Shown: in pieces, positions 18,303 to 26,226 of the stretch
Numbering within the stretch: the first letter of the stretch is position 1
Layout: every line of letters begins with the position of its first letter
Assembly (NCBI GenBank): GCA_002082305.1
Contig: LSNO01000076.1
Coordinates: forward strand, 1,904 to 65,903
Direction of reading: 5' to 3'
From: SAR324 cluster bacterium SAR324-CTD7B
GTDB lineage: Bacteria; SAR324; NAC60-12
Length of the DNA: 64,000 nucleotides
The notes under the pieces: model-generated
What the model was told of the DNA's origin: nothing
Seen by the model: the letters and a program-made list of their open reading frames with translations, nothing else
Database searches by the model: none
Made by a program: the position numbers and the translations under genes

Positions 18303-19460
18303 ATGTCCAGACTGCCAAAAACTGCCTCGGTAGTAATTCTCGGAGGTGGAGTCATGGGTGCAAGCACTGTTTACCATTTGGCAAGCCGCGGCTACAAAGA
18401 CGTTTTGCTTCTGGAACGCGAAAAGTTTTTCGGTACCGGCGCAACCGGACGTTGTGCCGGAGGAATTCGTTATCAGTTCAATACTGAAGTCAACATCCGG
18501 CTTTCCCAAAAAAGTCTTCCCATGATTGATGCTTTTGAGGAAGAAACCGGACAATCGGTGTTGGTGCAAAAATGTGGATATTTGTTTGCACTGACTCGGG
18601 AAAAAGATGTAGAGGTGTTCCGGAAAACGGTTGAACTTCAACGTTCCCTCGGCGTTCAAACCGAATGGCTTACCGGAGATGAAGTACGCAGTATTGCCGC
18701 TCCCTGCGACTTCCCGGATGCACTTGCTGGAAGCTTTAACGCGGAAGACGGACTGGCAGACCCCAACAGTATCGTGATGGGTTACATCAATGCTGCGCGT
18801 CGGCATGGAGCAGTCTGCATTACTGATTGTTCTGCAATCGGTATTGATGTAAAAAATAATCAAATTCGGAAAGTTCAAACATCTCTTGGAACCATTGAAA
18901 CTAAAACTGTAGTCAATGCCTGTGGACCATGGAGCGCAAGCCTTGGAAAAGAGATTAGTCTCGAAATTTCAGTATTTCCTCTGCGGCGTCAGTGGTTTGT
19001 CACTGAAGCAATTCAGGAACTTCCGGAAGACTTCCCGTTTGTCATTGATTTTGCGCAAAGTCTCTATTTTCACCGGGAAGGTTCCGGACTGCTTACGGGC
19101 ATGTCGAATCCCAACGAAAAAATTGGAGATGATCAAAGAATTGATTCCGAGTGGGAATTGAAACACATCGAATCTGCAATACAGCGAATGCCCTTGCTGG
19201 GAAACTCCGGAATCCAGGCACGACAAGCTGGACTGTACGAAATGACTCCGGATGCACACCCCATCATCGGCCCTACACCGGTGGAAGGATTTTACTTGCT
19301 TAGCGGATTTTCAGGACACGGATTCATGCAGGGCCCAATTTGTGGGAAATTGATGGCCGAAATTCTCATAGACGGTGAAGCCACCACCGTTGACATCAGC
19401 AAGTTGGATTACAACCGATTTGCTGAGAAGCGCTTGATTCCGGAATACAACGTAGTTTGA
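18303..19460 (+). CDS. FAD-dependent oxidoreductase (DAO / sarcosine-oxidase-beta-like)
   Basis: 385 aa. N-terminal VVILGGGVMGASTVYHLA dinucleotide fold and C-terminal SGFSGHGFMQGP typical of the DAO family. Starts 3 nt after the upstream stop. Confidence 0.75.
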   Translation: MSRLPKTASVVILGGGVMGASTVYHLASRGYKDVLLLEREKFFGTGATGRCAGGIRYQFNTEVNIRLSQKSLPMIDAFEEETGQSVLVQKCGYLFALTREKDVEVFRKTVELQRSLGVQTEWLTGDEVRSIAAPCDFPDALAGSFNAEDGLADPNSIVMGYINAARRHGAVCITDCSAIGIDVKNNQIRKVQTSLGTIETKTVVNACGPWSASLGKEISLEISVFPLRRQWFVTEAIQELPEDFPFVIDFAQSLYFHREGSGLLTGMSNPNEKIGDDQRIDSEWELKHIESAIQRMPLLGNSGIQARQAGLYEMTPDAHPIIGPTPVEGFYLLSGFSGHGFMQGPICGKLMAEILIDGEATTVDISKLDYNRFAEKRLIPEYNVV

Positions 19461-19564
19461 TTAACGTTTCCGGATTGCACCACTGTCAATTATGCTTTAA
19501 AATGATTGATCAAAACTGTTATATTATTTAAAGTTACTCGAAACAACCTTTCCCGGGAAAAACT

Positions 19565-20944
19565 ATGCTCAACGAAAACACGGTTGCAAAAATTTTGGAG
19601 TATGGACTTCAGCAGGGGGCAGACTTTACTGAAGTTTTTGTAGAGGACTCTGTTGCTTCTTCTATCAATCTGCTTGATCAGAAAATTGAAGAAATCAATT
19701 CCTCAAACTCATTTGGAATAGGGGTGCGTCTTCTTTACGGCAACGAAGCCTATTACGGTTACAGCAGTGATCCTGACGAAGCCAATTTGCTGAAACTCAC
19801 CGGCAATTTAGGGCAATCCCAGAAAGAAGGGCAGTCCGGAGATATGCAATCCCTTCAGCCTCAGTCCATCGAAGACATTCACCATATAGCCGTAAATCCA
19901 GAAACGGTGAGCAAGTCTGAGCGCGTTGAACTGCTAAGGGAACTGGATAACAAAACCCGTAATCACGGTGACGATATTCAACAGGTCACGGTCAACATGT
20001 CTGAAAAAAAACGCTCGGTACTTATAGCCAACAGCGAGGGTTTATGGGCCGAGGACTCACGAAATTATTCCAGGATGCGTCTTTCTGCAGTTGCAGAAAA
20101 AGGCGATGGACCCCAAACTGCAGCTGAAAGTCCAGGAGTTTTGGGTGGTTATGAATTTTTTCAGGATTTGAATTTGGAGGAACTTGCAGAAAATGCGGCA
20201 CAATCTGCGTTGCGTATGGCCGCTGCAGGATACATCGATGGAGGAAAAATGCCTGTGATTTTGGGTAATGGATTCGGCGGTGTTATTTTCCACGAGGCTT
20301 GCGGTCACCCATTGGAAACAGAAGCGATCCGAAAAAACGCATCTCCTTTTTGCGAAAAAATAGGAAAGCGTGTCGGCCAGTCGATTCTTACTGCAATAGA
20401 CGATGGAACTATTGCAAACAAATGGGGTTCGTGTAATGTGGACGACGAAGGTACGCCGACGCAAAAAACCGTACTAATCGAAAACGGAATACTCAATAAT
20501 TACCTCAGTGACCGTATCGGTGCAGGTCAAGTCGGTATTTCCCGTACCGGTTCTGCACGACGCGAATCGTACAAATTTGCTCCGGTTTCCCGTATGCGCA
20601 ACACCTTTATTGCTCCCGGACCGCACGAGATTGAAGAAATGCTGCGTTCCATTAAATTTGGCCTGTATGCAAAAAAAATGGGTGGCGGATCTGTCAATCC
20701 GGGGACTGGTGAATTCAATTTTGCAGTGCAGGAAGGTTATGCTATCCGCAATGGCAAAATCGCTGAACCAGTGCGCGGAGCAACGCTGATCGGCAAGGGG
20801 TTCGATGTCCTGTCGCAAATTTCGATGATTGCCGATGATCTGGATTTGGCGGCAGGAATGTGCGGAGCGGCCAGCGGCTGGGTTCCGACAACTGTTGGTC
20901 AGCCCACTTTGAAAATTGACTCAATTCTTGTCGGCGGACGGTAA
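19565..20944 (+). CDS. tldD: TldD-family metalloprotease
   Basis: 459 aa. HEACGHPLE zinc motif and C-terminal GxC...GxP block (AAGMCGAASGWVPTTVGQPTL). Confidence 0.85.
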   Translation: MLNENTVAKILEYGLQQGADFTEVFVEDSVASSINLLDQKIEEINSSNSFGIGVRLLYGNEAYYGYSSDPDEANLLKLTGNLGQSQKEGQSGDMQSLQPQSIEDIHHIAVNPETVSKSERVELLRELDNKTRNHGDDIQQVTVNMSEKKRSVLIANSEGLWAEDSRNYSRMRLSAVAEKGDGPQTAAESPGVLGGYEFFQDLNLEELAENAAQSALRMAAAGYIDGGKMPVILGNGFGGVIFHEACGHPLETEAIRKNASPFCEKIGKRVGQSILTAIDDGTIANKWGSCNVDDEGTPTQKTVLIENGILNNYLSDRIGAGQVGISRTGSARRESYKFAPVSRMRNTFIAPGPHEIEEMLRSIKFGLYAKKMGGGSVNPGTGEFNFAVQEGYAIRNGKIAEPVRGATLIGKGFDVLSQISMIADDLDLAAGMCGAASGWVPTTVGQPTLKIDSILVGGR

Positions 20945-21000
20945 TTTTTTTTGTAATTGTTTCCACTTCCGTAGAGCAACAAACAGATAAGAAACACTTA

Positions 21001-22296
21001 ATGCGATTTTTCGAGCAGTCAGTAGAAACCATGCCCCGCGAAGCATTGGAATTACTACAAATCGAAAAGTTGTATTCCATGCTGGAAAAAATTTATGGGA
21101 GCAACCGTTTTTATACGGGAAAGCTGGATGCCGCGGGAATTCATCCGGAAGCGATACAAACCTTAAGTGATTTGGCGAGTTTACCGCTGACTACCAAAGC
21201 GGAGTTAGTACAAGCCCAGGAGGATGCTTTGCCTTTTGGAACCAATGCGACTTTCCCGGAATCCGCTTACTCTCGTTTTCACCAGACATCCGGAACCACC
21301 GCAACTCCCCTGCGAGTTATAGACACCCCGGAAAGTTGGGAATGGTGGGGGCGTTGCTGGGGTTATGTTTTGGCAGGAGCAGGTTTGACGGAAAATGATC
21401 GTTTGTTTGTACCATTTTCTTTTGGACCATTCATTGGTTTTTGGGCAGCAGTCGAGGGTGCAAAAGGAATTAAAGCCTTGATGATTCCTGGCGGAGGGCG
21501 GGATTCATTGCAGCGGTTGCATTTGATGAAAGAACTTGGTGCGACGGCCATGTGCTGTACTCCAACTTATGCTTTGCGTTTGGCGGAAGTGGCTCGGGAT
21601 TCCGGATTTGATTTGTGTGAAATTCCATTGAAAACTCTGATTCATGCCGGAGAACCTGGAGCCAATATTCCGGCAACTAAAGCCCGTATTGAATCTGTTT
21701 GGAACACAAAATGTTACGATCACGCGGGGGCTTCAGAAGTAGGGGCACACAGTTTTGAATGCGAAATTCAACCAAACGGAACACATGCCATCGAAAGTGA
21801 ATTCATAGTTGAGGTTTTGAATCCGGAAACTCTGGAACCGGTTCCGGCAGGAGAACAAGGCGAACTGGTTATCACCAATTTGGGGCGCATCGGTTATCCG
21901 GTAATCCGTTACCGTTCCGGAGATCTTGTACGGCTTAATCCGGAGTCTTGCGAATGCGGGCGCACTTTTGTTCGTTTCGAAGGCGGGGTTCTGGGACGGT
22001 CAGATGACATGGTGGTTGTGCGTGGAATCAATGTTTTTCCCAGCGCAGTGGAAAATTTAGTTCGTCAATGTGAGGCAGTTGAAGAATTCCGGATCACGGT
22101 TTCAACTGAACGGGAAATGGCACATTTGACGATTGATTTGGAAATAAGCAAAAACGCTGACGAAGAAACTTCTCGACATACTGTGGACCAAGCAATACAG
22201 AACGAATTGAGTTTACGCCCGGAAATAAAAGTTGTGCCTTCCGGAACTCTGCCCCGTTTTGAAATGAAGGCCAAACGCTTTCATGTGGAAAAATAA
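21001..22296 (+). CDS. Phenylacetate-CoA ligase (PaaK) / F390-synthetase family adenylating enzyme
   Basis: 431 aa. FHQTSGTTATP P-loop variant, YRSGD, and the short C-terminal domain typical of the PaaK family. Substrate unknown. Confidence 0.75.
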   Translation: MRFFEQSVETMPREALELLQIEKLYSMLEKIYGSNRFYTGKLDAAGIHPEAIQTLSDLASLPLTTKAELVQAQEDALPFGTNATFPESAYSRFHQTSGTTATPLRVIDTPESWEWWGRCWGYVLAGAGLTENDRLFVPFSFGPFIGFWAAVEGAKGIKALMIPGGGRDSLQRLHLMKELGATAMCCTPTYALRLAEVARDSGFDLCEIPLKTLIHAGEPGANIPATKARIESVWNTKCYDHAGASEVGAHSFECEIQPNGTHAIESEFIVEVLNPETLEPVPAGEQGELVITNLGRIGYPVIRYRSGDLVRLNPESCECGRTFVRFEGGVLGRSDDMVVVRGINVFPSAVENLVRQCEAVEEFRITVSTEREMAHLTIDLEISKNADEETSRHTVDQAIQNELSLRPEIKVVPSGTLPRFEMKAKRFHVEK

Positions 22297-22299
22297 GTT

Positions 22300-22366
22300 A
22301 GCCACAGACAACACGGATAAAAACGGATAGAAAAATATCCGTGACTATCTGCGCAAATCTGTGGCT
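22300..22366 (+). promoter_or_regulatory. Nested and mutually exclusive hairpins between the ligase gene and the Mo-enzyme genes
   Basis: Outer stem AGCCACAGA (22300-22308) / TCTGTGGCT (22358-22366). The 3' arm TATCCGTG (22336-22343) can pair with either CACGGATA (22312-19) or ACGGATA (22323-29). Confidence 0.5.
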
Positions 22367-22387
22367 GATAACAAAAAGAAAATTAAT

Positions 22388-22873
22388 ATGAAACAACTCT
22401 TAACTCTCAAAATCAACGGCGAAACTCACGAGGTTTGGACTTCGACTCACAAAACTTTGCTGGAAGTTTTGCGTGAAGATTTGTACCTCACCGGAACCAA
22501 ACACGGTTGTGAGTTGGGTGAGTGCGGAGCCTGTTCGGTGTTGATTGACGGAGAACCGGTTTTGGCCTGTCTTATTTTGCCTGTTGAGGTGCAGGGACAG
22601 GAGATCCAAACCATTGAAGGTTTAGCAAAAAATGGGGTTCCGCATCCACTGCAAACCGCTTTTGCAGAACAAGGCGCATCGCAATGCGGTTACTGTTCTC
22701 CGGCAATGTTGATGACCGCCAAAGCCCTGCTTGAAATAAATTCAAATCCGGATTCAAATACTATTCGAGAAGCCCTGTCCGGAACTTTGTGTCGCTGTAC
22801 CGGGTACTCAAAAATCATAGAAGCCGTAGAGCAAGCTGCTGGAGAATTAGCAGTGATGCGGCAAAATTCCTAA
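22388..22873 (+). CDS. [2Fe-2S]-binding small subunit of a xanthine-dehydrogenase-family molybdoenzyme (CoxS/HcrC-like)
   Basis: 161 aa from ATG 22388 (MKQLLTLKINGE, typical N-terminus). Cluster motifs GCELGECGACSV and CGYCSPAM...CRCTGY. Confidence 0.85.
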   Translation: MKQLLTLKINGETHEVWTSTHKTLLEVLREDLYLTGTKHGCELGECGACSVLIDGEPVLACLILPVEVQGQEIQTIEGLAKNGVPHPLQTAFAEQGASQCGYCSPAMLMTAKALLEINSNPDSNTIREALSGTLCRCTGYSKIIEAVEQAAGELAVMRQNS

Positions 22874-22893
22874 ATGTTCGAAGTAGAGTCACT

Positions 22894-23286
22894 ATGAAGA
22901 TTAAAATGCGTTTTTTCAGAATCATAACAGGTATTGGGATCACACTTTTAGTGTCTTCCTGTTCGGTTAGCACTTTCGGAAAATTTCAGGCAGATGAAGG
23001 AATTCCGTCTTTCATCCAAGTTGGAAAGACAACGAGAGAAGAAATCATGACCACTTTGGGAGAACCTCTGGTTCATCGCTTCGTGGTCGGCAAAGAAACG
23101 CTCATTTACAATCATGAACGGGGAGAATACTTTTTTCTCTATGGAACTTATGAAGGAAATGAATTGGTGATTCGTCTTACAGATCAAATCGTTTCTGAAG
23201 TGAAACTTGAAAAAACTGGCAGTGGATGGGGATTTTTTGCTCCGGCAACTTCCAACAATCCCGGTACAAGAAGAAGCGCAAGGTAA
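22894..23286 (+). CDS. Small lipoprotein, paralogue 1 (BamE/SmpA-OmlA-like pattern)
   Basis: 130 aa from ATG 22894. Signal peptide with lipobox LVSSC. Shares VGKTTREEI..LGEP and GWGF blocks with the next ORF. Confidence 0.6.
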   Translation: MKIKMRFFRIITGIGITLLVSSCSVSTFGKFQADEGIPSFIQVGKTTREEIMTTLGEPLVHRFVVGKETLIYNHERGEYFFLYGTYEGNELVIRLTDQIVSEVKLEKTGSGWGFFAPATSNNPGTRRSAR

Positions 23287-23290
23287 TCGT

Positions 23291-23683
23291 ATGACGAAAT
23301 TTTACTTTTTATTGCCGATCACCGGCATCTTACTTTTCATGTTGCTCGTTGGATGTGCCAAAACTCGAATTGGAAAAGTGGAATTATCCGATGAAAAACT
23401 GCCAAATTTTCTCAAAGTAGGAACAACGAGGGCACAAGAAGTTTTGGAACAGATTGGAGAACCTTTCGGCTACCGAGAACAAGAGAATCGTTCGGCAATG
23501 ATCTTCCTCGATTTTCAGGAAGATTATGTCAATTTATTGATCACAGAGATTCGGCTGGAAAAGGCATATCGGCTGGATTTGGTTTTTCAAGATGATATTT
23601 TGCAAAAAGCAGAAATCAAAAAAGAAGGATGGGGATTTGGTGCAAATATGGATCCTCAACTTTTACAATTGCTGGCCAGATAA
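23291..23683 (+). CDS. Small lipoprotein, paralogue 2
   Basis: 130 aa from ATG 23291. Lipobox LLVGC. Shares VGTTRAQEV..IGEP and GWGF blocks with the previous ORF. Confidence 0.6.
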   Translation: MTKFYFLLPITGILLFMLLVGCAKTRIGKVELSDEKLPNFLKVGTTRAQEVLEQIGEPFGYREQENRSAMIFLDFQEDYVNLLITEIRLEKAYRLDLVFQDDILQKAEIKKEGWGFGANMDPQLLQLLAR

Positions 23684-23721
23684 AACACTGTTTTTTCATT
23701 TTTTCAAGCATCAAATAGTTT

Positions 23722-26157
23722 ATGAGTGAAAACAAAGATTTCCAAGCGGGCCTTACATGGATTGGTAAATCTTGGGCTCAAGTAGACGGTTTGGCCAAAG
23801 CCAAAGGTGAGACCGTTTATGCTGATGACATGTTTTTACCGCGAATGCTCTTTGCCAAAATGTTGCGCAGTCCTCACCCGCACGCTCGGATCAAAAGCAT
23901 TGATTTGACACAGGCTTTGAAACGACCCGGAGTCGTGGCGGCCATGACGGGCAAAGATTTGCCGATTCCTTTTGGGATTTTGCCGGTGAGTCAGGACGAG
24001 GAATCGTTGTGTGTGGACAAAGTGCGCATGATTGGCGATCCGGTGGCGGCAGTGGCGGCCATTGACGAAGAAACAGCAGAGTCTGCACTCGAAGATATAG
24101 TCGTCGAATATGAGCTTTTGCCGTCTGTTTTGACCATTGAAGACGGTTTAAAATCCTTGGAAGAAACTGAAATTTCAAAAACGCAAATTCACGAATATGC
24201 CGATTCCGGAAATATTCACAAACAAGTGGCTCTCGAATTTGGCGACATCGAAACCGGATTTGCAGAAGCAGACCATATTCGCGAAGAACTTTATTATTAC
24301 GAAGGCAACACGCATTTGCCGATTGAACAACACTCTGCCGTCGCTCAACACGGAGCCGATGGACGGATCACGCTTTGGTCTTCCACGCAAACTCCGCACT
24401 ATGTTCACCGTGCTTTGGCCAAAGTTTTGGAAATGCCGGCCAGTCAAATTCGTGTAATTGCGACTCCGGTTGGTGGAGGATTTGGCGGAAAAACGGATCC
24501 GTTTCAACATGAAATGGTTGTGTGCAAACTGGCCATGATGACAGGTCGTCCGGTAAAATTGACTTTGACCCGCGAAGAAGTTTTTTACACACATCGTGGA
24601 CGTCATCCGGTATTGATGTGGGTCAAAGCCGGAATGAAGTCAGACGGTTCAATCACAGCTTTGCATTTTCGTAATTTTCTGGATGGCGGAGCATACGGAA
24701 GTTACGGTGTTGCCAGTACCTATTACACCGGTGCTTTGCAGACAGTGACGTATCCGATTGCAAATTACAAATTTGAAGCGATGCGGGTTTTCACCAATAA
24801 AGCTCCATGCGGTCCCAAACGAGGACACGGCACGCCGCAGCCCCGTTTTGCGCTGGAAGTTTTGCTTGACAAATTTGCTGAGGATTTGGAACTGGATCCG
24901 GCAGAATTACGCTTGCGACATTTGATACCGGACAACAGCAAAACCGTGAACCACCTCACAGTGACCACCAACGGTTTGGGTGAGTGCATCCGCAAAGTCA
25001 CGGAGGCTTCCAGATTCCAGCAGCAGCGAACGGGATCGTCTCTGGGCAAAGGTTTTGGGCTGGGATGCGGTTCTTATTTGAGCGGTGCGGGCCTGCCTGT
25101 TTACTGGAACAAAATGCCGCATTCCGGAGTGCAAATCAAAATCGACCGCGGTGGCGGCGTAACTGTTTTTTGCGGAAGCACGGACATCGGTCAAGGATCA
25201 AATTCTGTGCTGGCCGGAATTGTGGCCGAGGAACTGGGAATCGACATTGGGAATATTATTGTGGTCACAGCGGATACAGATTTAACTCCGGTCGATTTGG
25301 GAAGTTATTCCAGTCGTGTAACACTGATGACCGGAAATGCGGCCATTGACGCGGCTCGCCCTTTACGTGAAAAAATATTGTCTGCCGCATCCGAAGTTTT
25401 GAAAATTCCAGCAGAAAAATTAATGCTCCGGAATAGTTCTGTTTTATCAAAAAACGGTTCCGGAGAACCTGTTTCCTTTGTGGATGCCGTTCAATGGGCA
25501 GAAACAAAATACGGTATGCTGGGTTCCGTCGGCAGTTATACACCACCTAGTCACGGGGGAAAATACAAAGGCGCAGGTGTGGGGCCGTCCCCGAATTACA
25601 GCTATTCCGCTTGTGTTGCCGAAGTCACTTGTGATCCGGAAAGTGGAATTTATCGTGTGGACAAACTCTGGATGGCACACGATATCGGACAAGCGATCAA
25701 CGAAAAATTGGTCATCGGACAAGTCGAAGGCAGTGCGTACATGGGTTTGAGTGAGGCCATGATGGAAGAACAAATTTATCGCACCGGAAAAGACAACCCC
25801 GGAGGTTTGCACAAAACTCCGTCGATGTTGGATTACAAAAGTTTGACCGCACTCGATATGCCGGAAATCGAAACATTTTTAGTAGAAACGCATGATCCGG
25901 AAGGGCCGTACGGTGCCAAAGAAGCCGGCCAAGGGCCATTACTGCCGATCATGCCCGCCATCGCCAATGCGATTTACAATGCGGTCGGTGTGCGTGTCGA
26001 TGAAGTGCCGATTACTCCGGAAAAAATTTATCAAGGTTTAAAAGAGCTAAAATCCGGAAAGCCCGGAGGGTCCGGGGTTATTGGAAGAGTCGGCCCAAAG
26101 AAATTTCCAAAAATCACATTTCCGGAAGCCATCAAAGTGAAATCGGTTGACAGTTGA
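23722..26157 (+). CDS. Molybdopterin-binding large subunit of a xanthine-dehydrogenase-family enzyme (HcrA/CoxL-like)
   Basis: 811 aa. a/b-hammerhead N-terminus (YADDMFLPRMLFAKMLRSPHPHARI), GGGFGGK motif, C-terminal YGAKEAGQG block. Confidence 0.85.
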   Translation: MSENKDFQAGLTWIGKSWAQVDGLAKAKGETVYADDMFLPRMLFAKMLRSPHPHARIKSIDLTQALKRPGVVAAMTGKDLPIPFGILPVSQDEESLCVDKVRMIGDPVAAVAAIDEETAESALEDIVVEYELLPSVLTIEDGLKSLEETEISKTQIHEYADSGNIHKQVALEFGDIETGFAEADHIREELYYYEGNTHLPIEQHSAVAQHGADGRITLWSSTQTPHYVHRALAKVLEMPASQIRVIATPVGGGFGGKTDPFQHEMVVCKLAMMTGRPVKLTLTREEVFYTHRGRHPVLMWVKAGMKSDGSITALHFRNFLDGGAYGSYGVASTYYTGALQTVTYPIANYKFEAMRVFTNKAPCGPKRGHGTPQPRFALEVLLDKFAEDLELDPAELRLRHLIPDNSKTVNHLTVTTNGLGECIRKVTEASRFQQQRTGSSLGKGFGLGCGSYLSGAGLPVYWNKMPHSGVQIKIDRGGGVTVFCGSTDIGQGSNSVLAGIVAEELGIDIGNIIVVTADTDLTPVDLGSYSSRVTLMTGNAAIDAARPLREKILSAASEVLKIPAEKLMLRNSSVLSKNGSGEPVSFVDAVQWAETKYGMLGSVGSYTPPSHGGKYKGAGVGPSPNYSYSACVAEVTCDPESGIYRVDKLWMAHDIGQAINEKLVIGQVEGSAYMGLSEAMMEEQIYRTGKDNPGGLHKTPSMLDYKSLTALDMPEIETFLVETHDPEGPYGAKEAGQGPLLPIMPAIANAIYNAVGVRVDEVPITPEKIYQGLKELKSGKPGGSGVIGRVGPKKFPKITFPEAIKVKSVDS

Positions 26158-26226
26158 CGGTTCTGTATGCTTCTCTGTCACTTTGACAGAGAATAATTCG
26201 TGTCTTAATTCGTGTCGTAATTAATT

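Noticed and set aside
18180-18878. 232-aa ORF antisense to the FAD oxidoreductase gene. Similar long antisense ORFs lie at 43461-44051 (opposite valS), 50777-51193 (opposite rph), 12368-12766 (opposite mutL) and 24175-24606.
   Set aside because: Each lies entirely inside a confidently identified gene on the other strand. They have odd composition (rich in Cys, Arg and Ser) and no motifs. They are typical shadow ORFs.
19565-20944. TldD without an adjacent PmbA/TldE partner, considered as an anomaly
   Set aside because: tldD and pmbA are frequently unlinked in genomes. Absence from a 64-kb window says nothing about the genome.
22789-22893. Upstream extensions of track ORFs: 22789 and 23207 (lipoproteins), 22361 (2Fe-2S subunit), 53043 (cobU), 53540 (aroB), 46472 (lptF/G-like), 40015 (secA), 48404 (permease), 59355 (gatA), 28562
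   Set aside because: The extensions overlap the preceding gene or add non-homologous residues. Internal ATGs give canonical N-termini (signal peptide, P-loop, family-typical start), often with an RBS or an ATGA overlap.
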